A stretch of DNA of 60,000 nucleotides from Vicugna vicugna (Eukaryota). The stretch is taken from assembly GCA_013265495.1 (NCBI GenBank), contig MU058844.1:12236184-12296183 (forward strand), given 5' to 3'. The position numbers were made by a program, and so were the translations under genes. Position 1 is the first letter of the stretch. Every line of letters begins with the position of its first letter. The notes under the pieces were generated by a model, which saw only the letters and a list, made by a program, of their open reading frames with translations, ran no database searches and had not been told where the DNA came from. This document shows, in pieces, positions 46,650 through 59,385 of this stretch.

Positions 46650-47083
46650 CTTTTCCTCTCTAGGGACGCCTACACCACCATCTCCACTCTCAGCCATCCA
46701 CCATATGCCCCTTCCTCCAATTCCTCCAGCAGTCTTTGCTTCCTCCCACCTTTGGGACTTCAAACACACTGAAAAATCTATCTTCATCTCCTACCTGTAG
46801 ACATATCCCACCTTGCAACTGGATAGGGACACTCTACCCCTTCTTTCAGATTTCAGCTCTGTGATCAGGTGTTTTAGGAAAGCTCTCACTCAGCTCACTC
46901 ACCAGGTGTCAATTTTTCCCTGTGCTTCTCCTTCATGACACTTAGCAAAGTAGTCATTTAAATGTATTCATTCGATTCTTTGATGAATATCATCGCCCCC
47001 ATCCCATGCGGCAAAACCCGTAACTTTTTATATGGTCATTAGCATATTCCTAGTATGCTGTTTAATAAATGTATTTATTCAAG
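46650..47083 (+). mobile_element. LINE-2 3' fragment
   Basis: 'ctccactctcagccatcc', 'cttctttcagatttcagctc', ending 'taataaatgtatttattc'. Confidence 0.55.
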
Positions 47084-47849
47084 GAACTAACTTTTTGAAT
47101 TGTAATCTACATAAAGAATATAAAACAAATTTAGCAAGGGAGACCCTAAGCAAGGATAATTATATGAAGAAATGCTTCTTTCCAGTAAAAACACTGGAGG
47201 AGAACACTAAGAGAAGTCAAAGGGAAATCTAATTACTATCAGCCTTAAAGAAGAAACATTGCATGGTTTTGTTGAGAAGGACTCATGGAAAACCTGATTT
47301 GGTGATTCCATACCAAGATCCCTAGTGCTTTGCTGGGTCATTTGTATAAAAATGACTCATTCTTTCTTTTAAGCCACAAAAGCTCCATCTCACATTCAGA
47401 AATGTCTGCAGCCCAACTGCTGCTCCAACATTTGGACTTGAAAGACAATATTTATAAACCTGTGTATGCAAGAGATTTTCCTCTGCCTTGCCTCCCTACT
47501 CAGGACCGATAAACACCCTATTTGTATAACCCAAACCTCCAAGGCATAGGTAACTAAGTTGAGCTGTTTCACTCAAGTGGGTACAATAACTTAGAAGGAC
47601 TAATAACATGCAATTTAAACTAAAAACCATGATGAAAACTGAAGTTGCCAACTGCTGCTTTTCACTGAAGTCCTGTCTTTTACATTCTCTGTTTTTTTTT
47701 TTGTGAAAACGGCTGAATGTCTAAGATGTGAGCATCTTAGTAAAGTGAGCAAAGTTACAGCGACTGACTCAGAAGCAACCATTCAAGATGAGACACTAAA
47801 GTGAAATGGATTCCTAATAAAAGGCTGTGGGAGAACACAGATGGAGTCC

Positions 47850-47972
47850 TTGGACCACCACCTGTGGAAGGAAGCAAGAATTCCTTCAGTCTCACCTACA
47901 CAACCACTATTCCTGGCACATATGTTGTTCGTTTTTTGTTGATCGAGTGACTGAATGAACGAATGAATGAAC
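47850..47972 (+). mobile_element. LINE-2 3' tail
   Basis: 'cctggcacatatg...gagtgactgaatgaacgaatgaatgaa'. Confidence 0.6.
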
Positions 47973-48324
47973 AAAATGATTTTGATAGCATCATATCATG
48001 CATTCATAGTGCATAGTATATCCAAATAATATTATCTACTTGGGACATCAGAACTTCACCTCACCTCAGGCAATTTAATAAAACCTGGAGAGGGTGTTTA
48101 ACTCGGAACACCTTAGGGAATACAAAAGGTCAAATGAGAATAAGTAAACCTCAAACACAAATGGGACTCTTAGAATAAATTGGACCAAATGGTAAATTTC
48201 TGTTAGAAAATCCTTATTGGTAAGTCTCTATTCTATTCTAGCTTCAATTCTGTATTTTGGTCTGAACACCTCTTCTTGCATTTTCCAAGTTCTGCTGTTC
48301 CTCTTCTGTGATTTATGACTTATA

Positions 48325-48741
48325 GTGGCTGATTGTTGCAATGAACAACCCACAGATGGCAGTGGCTTAAACCAACAAGGGTGTCTTTCTTGTTCAGAAC
48401 ACAATCAATGCAGAATCAGTGAGACGGCAGTGGAGTCCACTCCCCACAGTCACTGAAGGACCAGGCTCCTTCCAACTGGTGGCCCTTCTGGACTCTGTGT
48501 AGTGACTAAACCTCAGAGTCTTTACTGAAATCTCTAGACAGGACCAGCTAACAATCAAAATTTGAGAGGGATCTGCACATTCTCCTGGGAAGTGCATGAG
48601 CCAGTCTCAAAACGGCATGCAGTCCTCATATCCACATGCCATTAGCTGGAACTCAGTCACATGCAAGGGGGTTGGGAAATTTAGAAAAGCAAAACATCGA
48701 AGAAGAGAATTTTAAACAGCTAGTCAGCCACTTTCTCCCAC
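48325..48741 (-). mobile_element. ERVL-MaLR solo LTR, MLT1J-like
   Basis: 'cagtggcttaaaccaacaa', 'ccacagtcactgaaggaccaggctccttcca', 'ccacatgccattagctggaactcagtcacatg'. Confidence 0.7.
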
Positions 48742-50298
48742 GATGTCCCCCATTTCCTGGCTCCATGTTGCCCTGTTCTGGAACATCACTTCTTTGCATC
48801 AGGATACCATTTTCCATCTCCATTTAGGGACTTGCTGAAAGTTGACTTTACTTAACAATTATGTATCCATTTTTTTATCCCTAAGTTTTTTCTCTCCAAC
48901 CAATGTACTCTGTAAAACGCTTGCCACGAATTATTGCTTAACTCAAAATGGCTTTTCTCTGTCTACCTCTGACAACCTTCTAGTGTGGGTCTGTCTGGGG
49001 CATGTTCTTGGCCTGCAGTGGGTAAAGGGTACTTGAAATACTCTCATAGGGAGGAGAAAGGAAGCTCAAAATGGACTTGACCTCCTATTGAGTAGAAAAG
49101 CCCATTAAAAATCCCCCTTGCAACCACAAAGCATTCCTCCCTACTCCTTTTTTAATCACCTCATTTTATAAAAAGTTACTAATATTTATGTTTTTGTGTT
49201 TATTTTGACCTGAGACATCTGGTAGCCTTTATGCTTCAAGCATGAGTCTCCCTTCTCTAATGTACTGCTTCCCTGGGCTCAAAAAGTACTGATAAAGAGG
49301 AGCCTCAGCTGAATCCGTCTCCTGGATGAACTGCCCTCGCATCTTGAAAAGCTTCACTTGCATCCTTGTATATTCAGCTCAGTAGTGTGGTTAACCCAAA
49401 CCTTTGCACTTTTTTTCCAACCAGAGAAAATGAGACAAGAACTGCACTTTAATAGTATTCCAGCGATAAGAAAATTAAAGTTACTTTATATTAGAAACCT
49501 TAATATGGTCTAAAAATCTCAACAATTTTTTTTTATCATTTGAAATGACTTTAATGGATTTTCTCTAGTGTACCATTAATACAAATCCATTTTGTTTTAT
49601 TGAGGTCAAACTACATTCCCCGGTCTTGTTCCCAAGGAGAAGGAAATTAGGTAAAAATTAGTTCACTGCGGTTATATTCGTTTTATATTGCTGCATAAAG
49701 GGGAGGACTCACAAAAGGGCAAGCTGATACCTCGTGAATATCAACCACTTTATATTAAGCCAGAATTCCTGTGGTGTAAGGGGAAAATAAGAAAGTAAGA
49801 AAGACAATCTATAAATAAATGAGTCAAAGAACTATTGAAGATAGTGGTTATTGACTTTTGGAAGCTTTTCTAAAAAATTACCATATGTTTTATGTATGAA
49901 TGCATTAGTTATTAAGCCAAACAGAAAGTCAACTCTGAGTCCCTCATTTCCCTACATCCTCTTTGGCTACAAGTAGAGCTGACTACAAATATATATTTTC
50001 TTCCTATCAGTGTCATTTTCCTAAGTGCTTTAAGCCTACCTTATCATTTCAGTTACAAGATAATTAAGTACTCTACACACACACAGTACAAGTATCTCAG
50101 GCACAATTACGCTTTTCATGGTATAAATATATAAATACATCTACCTGACACAAATACATAAATATACACACACTGGATATTGCTGTTTATTGCTGGATAC
50201 TGAAGGTTAGCTTTTTAGCTTTCTCCAGCTCCATTTCATCTTCTTCTAGTGGGAGAGGCTAGAAAGCCTAAAACTAAATATTTAGAGTTCCTTCAATC

Positions 50299-50353
50299 TA
50301 AGATTCTTGATGCAAATATAAGATTCTTGATGCCAATAAGATTCTCGAATGCA
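50299..50353. repeat. Three-copy 17-20 bp tandem repeat (TAAGATTCTTGATGC core)
   Basis: Copies at 50299-50318, 50319-50336 and 50337-50353. Confidence 0.85.
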
Positions 50354-51539
50354 CCTATGTGAAATCTGGGAGACAAAGAAAAGTGAAAGGATTGGCCTGT
50401 TCCTTTTTGGTTCTCTCTGCTGGCAAGCAATGCAAAGAAATAGGAGCTAATTTCTGCAGCAATGACCCAGGGTCTGTCCACCAGCTGTCCAGGTATTGAG
50501 AAATGGTTGGGTGAGCTTCTTCCTGCCTTCCGATCTTTAGATCAGTGCTCTAGGCCCATTCAGCAGATTCCTGGGTGACCAGCAACTTCATTGCAGACCT
50601 GCTTTATTATAGATGACTCATCTTGGGATCACAGTTAAGGGGTACGTTCTTGAACTCATAGCACCATTCATAGAGTTCAGAGTGGTAGCTCCGAGTAGAG
50701 TATGAACTCTTCTGGAAGTCATTCTTGGAGGCCCATGTTAGAGCCCACTTCTTCCTCCCTTCTAGTAATTCATGAGCATAAAACTTCATGTGTTAATTAA
50801 AGGCATGGAAGGTTTTCATTCCTTGCATTGAACCCTGGCTGCTGTAATGTGTGACATTTTATGTCACTTTTCAGTGTATTCAACTGCTCTCTGTCCAGTT
50901 CACTCGCTTTTATCTGTTACACCTAGTGCAGCTTCCTACAAACCTGCTCACATTTTCCCCTCAGGATGATCTCTACCCTCCAAAGCCCTACAGCCAGTCT
51001 TCTGTCATCGCCCAAGGAACTCAAGGGACGTCTGTCAAGGAAGGGCTTCCTCGCCCACGTCTTTCTAACTTCTGTCTAGACTTTCACGCTGTCTGCTGCG
51101 CTCCTACTCACGTCCCCTCTCAGCCTCAACCCTGACACCACTTTTATGCTCAAGGTATTTATCGACACGTATTTTCTGCAATTTGGATGAGGTTACAGTT
51201 TTCCTCTTTTATCTCGGATAAATATAAATTTTACAATAAACCTGCTTTGGATTTGCGGAAAAAGGATAATAACAACAAAATAGCAAAAACAAGGTCATTC
51301 AATGTGATCTCCATTCCCTTTGTGGGGGAAATTAACCCATCAAAAAGGTGAATCAACCAGTCAGAATTAGATCCAGAAAGAGTTCGGTTTTTGTTTTTCG
51401 GCCTGAACTTCTTCCTGCTTTTCTCTTCTCTCCTTGGAGTGTCATCAGGGATTTTTCTACTTCTTCTATCCTTCCCTTCTGCTCCTGGCAAGACTCACAG
51501 GGTTGGAGCCTGTCAGCACTGTGAGCAAAGACTCTTATG

Positions 51540-52092
51540 ACAGACGATGGGAGAGAGAAGCCTCTGCTGACTTGCCACAATCATGCCATGACCACAGAGC
51601 AGAGTTTCAAGACTAATATGCTACAACAGAGGGAAGCAGCATCTCCAAGGAGCAGAGGTGGAGTAGAAATATGTTATGGCTCCTGGAGACCTTGTGATAG
51701 TGATTCTTTTTTCCTTTTTTTTTTTTAAGTGAGACAATGGGGAACTGCCTATTACTCCATGCTACCTGGTAACTATCACTGACAATATTCCACCACCTGC
51801 TACCTACAAGGTGGTCTTTGATTCAAGCTAGGCCCGTCATCCTCTCTCTTTGAGGTGTTTGAAAACTGAATGGAGACCCACAGGAACTGAAGACATTGGG
51901 GCTGGGACATCCATTATAAGGGTGCTCCAAGATTTCCTGGGCTCCTTTGCTTCCCTCTCATCCTCAGACCCAGTTGTTTTTTGTGAGCATTTCTTTTGAT
52001 TTTGTGAGCCGCCTCGTGTATTTTAATAAGCCCCCTTCACTAAAAATTTTGAGACTGAATTTTATGTCTTTTTAACCAGAGAACCCTAATCA
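51540..52092 (+). mobile_element. Old MaLR LTR fragment(s), MLT1K/L/M-like
   Basis: 'tgattcaagctaggcccgtca', 'gattttgtgagcc...taataagcccccttc', ending 'taaccagagaaccctaat'. Confidence 0.5.
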
Positions 52093-52209
52093 GTATTCCC
52101 CTCCCCTAACCTATCCCTCGCTGTCTCTCTCTTTTTCATTTCATATGGTCCAATTGACTCTTCACAGGCAGTAAAGTCCAGCTTAATATTGCTGAGCAAT
52201 AGTATCCCA

Positions 52210-52545
52210 TCACTTAGTCATTCAACAAACACAGGTGAAGATTTTACTAAATGATGCTTGCTAGAAACACAAAGATGACAGCTCATATTCTAGCAAGGGA
52301 TAATGTAATACAGAATAAATATGGGAAAAGAATTATCAGGAGGAATAACCCTTGGAAAGAGTTTAGGCATTTTATGAAATAGGAAGGAAGGAGTGCACTC
52401 CAGACAAAGAAGAAAACTGGCAAAAGCAAGATGGATTCTTGCCTTTGAGAACTACTAGAAGTTGTGTTAAACTAGAACCCAGATTCACATTGGAAAGTGA
52501 TGGAAAATTGGACTGGAATGGGAAAAGGAGCCAGATGAATAAAAC
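52210..52545 (-). mobile_element. LINE-2 fragment
   Basis: 'agtcattcaacaaaca', 'cactccagacaaagaagaa..ggcaaaagca', 'ggagccagat'. Confidence 0.55.
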
Positions 52546-52582
52546 CAGATTATTTGCTCAGAATACAATAAAGAGATAAGAA

Positions 52583-53075
52583 CAGACAGACACCTCTAGC
52601 TGCCCTCTCCCCCCGTATTCCTTCTCCCTTCTCATGGTGTTAGCTCTCACAACTTTTAAGCTGGACACACGAATGCACAGAAGAAAGAATGCATTTGCCA
52701 ACTTCTCTTAACAGCTAGATGTGACCATGTGACCAAATTCTGGCCAATGGGAAGTGAGCAGAAGTAATGTCTGCAATCTGGGGTCATGTTCTTAAAAGGA
52801 AGGAGCTTGCCCTCTCCTTCCCTGCTTCCTCTCCCTACTGGAATGTCAGCGTAGTGATGGTGAGGCAACTTGGACCATGTTGATGAAAGCAGCACCCTGA
52901 GGGTGGAAAGCAGCTAGACTGAAGATGCCTCAGTCCTTGGCTCTGTGGAGCTTCCACACATGCCCTGGAATAATCACACTTGGACTGTGACACAAAAATA
53001 AATGTCAACTTTGATCCAGTTTAAGCCAATGGAGAGGGGCCACCTGTCACATCAGGGGAATCAGTAACCTAAACA
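52583..53075 (+). mobile_element. ERVL-MaLR solo LTR, MLT1J-like
   Basis: 'cagctagatgtgaccatgtgaccaaattctggccaatgggaagtgagcagaagt', 'aaataaatgtc...tttaagcca'. Confidence 0.8.
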
Positions 53076-53141
53076 GTTAGGTTAATCAGAAGACTTAAGG
53101 ATAGAAAGTGAAAACGTGACAATTAAATTTATTCTGTAAAA

Positions 53142-53460
53142 CAGGAGTCAGCAAACTATGGCCAGAGTCAGCCCACCTCCTGTTTCTGGATGATCCCTGA
53201 GCAAGACTTTTTTTTACATTTTTAAATGGTTGAAAAAAATCAAAAGAAGGATAATATTTTGTGATATTTGACAATTATATAAAATTTAATGCCCACATAA
53301 ACATTGTATGGGAGCAAAGACATGCTCATTCATTTATGTACTGTCTATAGCTGCTTTCACACTACAGCAGCCTGGTTGAATAGCTGCAACACAGATCATA
53401 TGGCCCACAGTCTAAAATATTTACTTTCTGGCCCTTTACAGAAAGAGTTGCCAGTTCCCG
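53142..53460. mobile_element. hAT-Charlie MER58B
   Basis: 'caggagtcagcaaactatggcc...aaaatcaaaagaaggataatattttgtga...aaatatttactttctggccctttacagaaagagttgcc'. Confidence 0.88.
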
Positions 53461-53657
53461 CTTCAGATGATCACATCAGTGGTGCAGCAAATTTACTGAA
53501 GATTGAAGAGAACAGCATCAAACAAGAATCAATTAGAAGACTACTCAGTGGTTTAGATAAAAGAGATAAAAGGGGCTAAACCAAATTAGTTATGCCCAGT
53601 GGGGATAAGCAATGAGTATATATTAAAAATCTATTCAGACAGTAAAATTAACAAAAT

Positions 53658-53926
53658 AAATTTATGGTTTTTGTTGATTTTGGCTTCTACCCATGAGAAG
53701 AAGTGGGGAGGGATAAATTAGAAGTTCAGGATTTGCAGATACTAACATTTTATATAAAATAAACAAAGTCCTACTGTATAGTACAGGGAACTATATTCAA
53801 TATCTTATAATAACCTATAATGATAAGGAATATGAAAAAGAATATATATGTGTATAACTGAATCAATATGCTGTACACCAGAAACTAACACATCATAAAT
53901 CAACTACACTGCAATACAATTTTTTA
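53658..53926 (+). mobile_element. LINE-1 3' UTR fragment (same family as 10495 and 38757)
   Basis: 'gggataaattagaagttcaggatttgcagatac...gggaactatattcaatatctt...gctgtacaccagaaactaacac'; 14-bp TSD aaaattaacaaaat (53644-53657) / aaaattaacacaat (53927-53940). Confidence 0.88.
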
Positions 53927-54655
53927 AAAATTAACACAATTGAGAAATTTTCATCCCAACAGATGTATTAAGAACATAGTGACATATGTCCTTTCCCCAA
54001 ACTACTATGTATTTGACACACTATTAAAATAAAAACCTTTCCCCATTCAAAGTTGATAACTGTCAAACCTCCACTAGGAATCTACCAGGGAAGTCCAAAC
54101 CCATTCCTGCTAGCCTCCCTGAGCTTTACCAACATTCATTTTCACTCCAAACTTAACCTTTAAGTCCAAACTTAACCCTCAGCAGAAATTTCTCCCTAAG
54201 ACAAGGCATGTCTTAAGTGACAAGACTTCCAGAACATGTCTTCCTACCTCCTTTTAGACAATCAGCCACACAGGTACCATGCCTTCTTCAGACAGCTTTC
54301 TTGGTACCCCAGGCATTTCAGACTTTAACATAACCATTGTTCTCAGTTTCAAAACTTATACTTATTGCCATAAATACTTGCTATTTGTGGAAAACTGGAA
54401 CCACATAAATATTAACTTATATCATCATGCATACACATTCTACTATTTTATAAATAATAAGTCATTACATAAATATTTTTCATTAATCGCCTGAGATCAA
54501 TCTGTAAAGTCTCATTTTAAGGCCTCCTAACCAATGGTTAGACTAAAACAAAATATTGTAGCTTTGATGTTTTATTTACACAGGTGTGATTCCAAATAAG
54601 AAAGAGGCTATATTTCAAATCCACCTGAGATAGTGTATATATACGTTGTTGCAGT

Positions 54656-55000
54656 TCAGTCATCATTCGTTCATTCATTCATCCATTTAACAAACATTTA
54701 TTGCATGCCTATTATGTTCCAATAGGGATGTCAGACAGTGGGAATACCAGACAATAGGGCTTCTTTCCCTAGAGAGTATATGGTTTAGCAAGGGATCCAA
54801 TCAACAGGCTGTCACAACACTTAGCCTGAATACTGAGGTGTAAAATGGGCCAGTGGATACATAGAAATGGACCCAGCCCAGACAGAGAGAGATGGGGGAA
54901 GACTTCTTATTGGAAATGATGTCCACATAAGAGTTATCCAAGAGAAAAAGGAAGAGCAGGAAAAAGGAAGAGCATGTGGACAGACTGGAGGGAGTGTGAA
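54656..55000 (-). mobile_element. LINE-2 3' end
   Basis: 'cattcgttcattcattcatccatttaacaaacattttattgcatgcctattatg'. Confidence 0.7.
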
Positions 55001-55028
55001 AAAACAAATGGCTCCTTTGTATAATAAG

Positions 55029-55420
55029 TGTAGTCAGAGTCTACCATCAGGGGATATGGACCACTCTTCAACCTTCTCTTTCCCATGATGGTCTGAAAAG
55101 GCTCTGCTTCTGGAGATGTGCTCAGGACCAGTGGTTGGTCCCCTGCTGACCCTCCCACATCCCCACTCTCTGCTTCCAGATACACCTCAGTTTTAGTAAG
55201 TGAAAGAAACTCCACATGGCTGAGAATCGAAGTATGAGGAGGGTGTGGGGAGTCAAGCAATGATAGGACGGTGTGCAGAGGGCCCAATATTATTTGAGAT
55301 TTCTGTTTCTCGGTCCTTGCTCTGCCTTGTCATCAATCCATTTGACTGGTGAGTCCCTCCAGGAAGTGTCCGTTCTTGCTCATGGCCTTGTCAACTGTGC
55401 CAACTGTCTCTGACACTACA
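55029..55420 (+). mobile_element. Probable old ERVL-type solo LTR (family not assigned)
   Basis: TG...CA termini with an inverted repeat: 'tgtagtcagag' / 'ctctgacactaca'; no TSD visible. Confidence 0.5.
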
Positions 55421-57124
55421 GAACTCCATGCCGGAGCCACTCAGGGATTGATATGTAACCATGGATGCATCTAACGTGCTGTCGGTTTTGACTTTTCCCT
55501 TGGAAGGGACTGCAGGTAGAGTGCTCTCTCTATGCGCCACGTAGCTGGGCTCTGACTTCTTGTTTGTTCCAAAACAAGGTAGAGAAACATGAAAGAGAAT
55601 TCAAATCATTGTGTTTTTTTTTTCAATCAGAAGCAGCATTAATAGGAAACTAACCTAGTTCACCTAATTACATTTCCTAATTTGTGTCTAACTTGAAGGA
55701 AAGAAAAAAAAAAGCCATGCATCATTGTTACAAATATTATTGTTTGACTTGTTTTTCCCCTATTACAGCTTTTGAATATTCTACTTCCCTTGCTCTGGCC
55801 CATGGTACAGTGATTTGTATTGTTCCTGAGTGATGTTTTGTAAAGCAAGTGGAGGAAAAAACACAAATTAAGAATTTCCTTACCAAGGATATTAAAATAA
55901 CAGAATGTTTACTGAAAATTGGTTCTCATTTGCTGGCATCCTGGCAAGTTTGACTCAGAAACCATCTACAGCATAGGAAATCATCCTGGTGACTTTTCAC
56001 TGAACTTCTCAGCAGCCACCAATTAAATTCCATTTTCACTTGATGGATAAGTGAGCTCAAACTTTCGTGAGTTGATGTGGAAAGAAACACAGCTTCCTTC
56101 TCTTAATAGCTTGAGACAACCTAGATGTAAGTAATCAAAACAAATATTCATGGAACTTTCAAGGGGCATCTCCACTTGACAGTGCCTGGCTAACACCCAC
56201 TGGAGAGCAGATACAGCCGTAATTTTTCAAAAAGAGGAGTAACTAGTGTACTTTCAATTATATCCCCACTGAGCCAACAACTGAAAAGGGTGTGTCGGGG
56301 GAGGTATCTCGGTGTTGTCAAGTCAGGAAATAGAAGATCTGGAGATTTTACAACCACTGATCATGTTGTAAAAGTGAGAGGTTCGTCCTCATTTCTTGAT
56401 AAATAAATACATCCCCTCTTCCATTTCTCCCCTGCTCACAACACCAGATACTAGGTTTGGGTCAATGTGTACCTCCCTAAACACAAACAAACAGAAAATA
56501 CTATAAAAATATAACAAAATATTCTCTATATGTTTTATATAGTAATGCTGTTTTCTTATGTTCAGTTAAGTATTTTATATTATGACGTGAAATATCTGAT
56601 CAGGTTGTAGATTTTAGCAGACAAGTTGCATTGATCAGCCTATTCATTGATAAAGGAAAGAGACATAGGAAAGTCTAGATGAGGATTATAATTACAAGTA
56701 TCAAATTGATCTGAAAATTGAGAAGTGACAGAAGTCACAGGCATGCTGCACACACACACATACACTAACAGAGTCGAGGGGCTAGAATTGCTATATTTTA
56801 AAATAAAATACACTTATTATTCTGAGAAAGGAGCCTCTATAATCCTGAAAAGTCAGGATTGTAAACACTTTAATAAACTGTTTTTAATGAGTGTGTTTCC
56901 ATTCATTTCAGGTACAGTTGGCAAAACAGGGCATTTCTTTTTGGCCTGCTTTGATTATGCAATATGATTATAATTTTATGTATTGCTTGTAAACAATGCT
57001 TCTAAGATGCTTAAAAATTTGTAGGAAGACAAGCATTTGGTTGACGTCTTATTGTAATGTTAATTTCCTTAACAAATATCTTTTCTGTAAATTGTAAAAA
57101 GGCCTTCTCTTTGTATGGGGATTT

Positions 57125-57320
57125 ATTGTTTACAGACACTTTCACCTACATGTTCTCATTAAATCCTTACAATAATACTACGAGACATTAATTTTCCCTC
57201 ATTTTTAAGGATGCGGAAAAACAGAGACTCAGTAGGGTTAAGAAGCTAGCCCAAGGCCACACACACAAAGAAACGTGACAGAGTCAATATGCAAATCCAT
57301 TTCTTCTTACTCTACAGCTC
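57125..57320 (-). mobile_element. MIR SINE
   Basis: 'tctcattaaatccttacaataa...gagactcagtagggttaagaagctagcccaaggccacaca'. Confidence 0.75.
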
Positions 57321-58252
57321 TTTACTAATGAAACAAAGTATAAGCTCAGCTGGTAATCAAATTATCACTAAGTCCTCATTAGCGGAATGAGGTAATGAGG
57401 TTTCACTTTATCATTCATAATTCAGAGATGCAACTTTAAGGCCTGTACAAAAATGGAAACACATCACAATCATGGTAACAACTACATCTGCTGTTTAGGA
57501 TTTGGAAGGTAATTCTTATCTGTTCTTAAGTATTTCGTTAAGTATTTTATATTAGGATTTGAAATATCTGATTGGTTTATAAGACATTTCAGGCTCTCAA
57601 AACAATTTAGAAAAACTGGGTTCACTGACCTTCATCTCTAATGACTTCTTCCACCTCCACTTCCAACACACAGTCCTCCTGGGATGGTGGGCGTTGTGAC
57701 TGAGAACATGCCTTGTCCAGACATCCTGCTGTATGATACAACTTTCCAAACTTTCATGTTTCTTATTCAACTATTTCTGACATGCCCTTTTAACCTTGTC
57801 AGGCCGGGAAGTCCAAGATAGTCAGGAACATTCTTATAGTTCTTAAATCTCTTGCCCTTTTGGTTTTTCACCTCACCATGGAAAAATACCAACCCTGATG
57901 TACCTAGCCATCTGTTTTCCCATGTCATCCTCCGTTTAATTGAGCACCACTGGAGAAAATCACTCAGCAGAGCAATTGGCACCCCTCTAAGTTCATGGTT
58001 ATTGGTTACCATCCTCAAATTGACTCTCAATACCACCTGGAATTCCTTCTGGATTCTATGGTCTACTCACTCTCTCACCTTCAAGACTAGTGGAGACCTT
58101 CTCCGCTCGTTACAAACCAGCATCTCCAGTTTCCCCTGACCTTTGGCCTTAGAAGATCATCTCCCTTTCATTCCTTTGAGACAAAATAAAATCTAGTGGG
58201 AGGGAACCCTTCTACCTCTTCCAATCCAGTGCACAAGGATAGATATATCCGC

Positions 58253-58700
58253 ACTCATTCTTTATTCTTTCCATCAGCAAATGTTTATAGAATGCCTAAT
58301 ACTCTCCAGGCACTGTCCTGAAAATCAGAGCTATGGCTGAGAACATGACAAGTCCTTCTCTTCCCATGGAGTAACCTACCAGTGAAGAAATAAGTTAGAT
58401 CATTTCAGAGAGGGAACAGTGTCGTGAGGAATAGGAGACAGGATAATGGCTTAGGCCATGACTGAGGATGACAACCGTAGGTGGCAACCTGAAGATACGG
58501 TATTCACGGAAAGCCTCTCTGAGTCGTTTTAGTTACGACTCAAATGACTAGGGTGAGTCAGTCACGGCAAGATCAAGAGAGAAAGTAAGAACCAAGGTCC
58601 TGAAGACGGATGACTTCGTTACAAGTTCAAGGATCAACAAGAAAAAAGCTCCATGTGACTGGAGCACAGTAAGCGAGGGAGAGGCTGATGTGAGGCGGGG
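58253..58700 (-). mobile_element. Oppositely oriented LINE-2 3' end nested in the long L2
   Basis: 'cattctttattc...cagcaaatgtttatagaatgcctaatactctccaggcactgtcctg', 'ggaaagcctctctgag', 'catgtgactggagcacagt'. Confidence 0.75.
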
Positions 58701-59229
58701 TCCTCCATTCAACCCTTTAAACTACGAGAGTTGATGCAAACACAGTCTTTCTATCTGGGCTCTGGAACCCGTGCCCTTTGCTTTCCCAAGAACGCTCTCT
58801 TTTGATTTGCTAGATCTGCCTCCTCTGTATTCTCTCTCGATCTGTTCTTTTCTAGCAGCAGTTAAACACACTCATAACACGTATCTTAAAACACACCCCC
58901 ACTTTCTCCTCCAGATTCAAGCCTACTCAGACTTCAAAAAAGAGTTGTCAATACTTGTCCTTTTCTTCCTCTCCCACTTACTCCTCAGTACACTCCAGTA
59001 CATTTCCACTCCAATGCTGGATCAAAAAACTCTCTCTAAAGTCAGAAGTGACCTTCATTTCCCTTGATCTCCCAACTACTTTGGACTCTGTTGACCCTGA
59101 CCTTCTCCTTGACCTTTTTCATCCCTTTCCCTAAGGACTCTAATGACTCTCTTGGTTTTCCTTTTACCATCTGGTAAGCAGCTCAGTCTCAGTCATCTTT
59201 ACAGACATGTTAGCCAACCCTTCCACTAT

Positions 59230-59385
59230 CAGTGGTTCTCAAACTTGAAAGTGCATCAAAACCACCTGAAGACATGTTGCTGAGCCTGGCTTCCAGCATT
59301 CTTGATTCAGCAAGCCTGTTTTTGCAATAGATTCCCAGGTGATTCTGATACTGTTGGTCTAGAGAATACACTTTGGGAGCCACTG
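59230..59385. mobile_element. hAT-Charlie MER5A nested in L2
   Basis: TIRs 'cagtggttctcaaactt' and 'ctttgggagccactg'. Confidence 0.85.
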
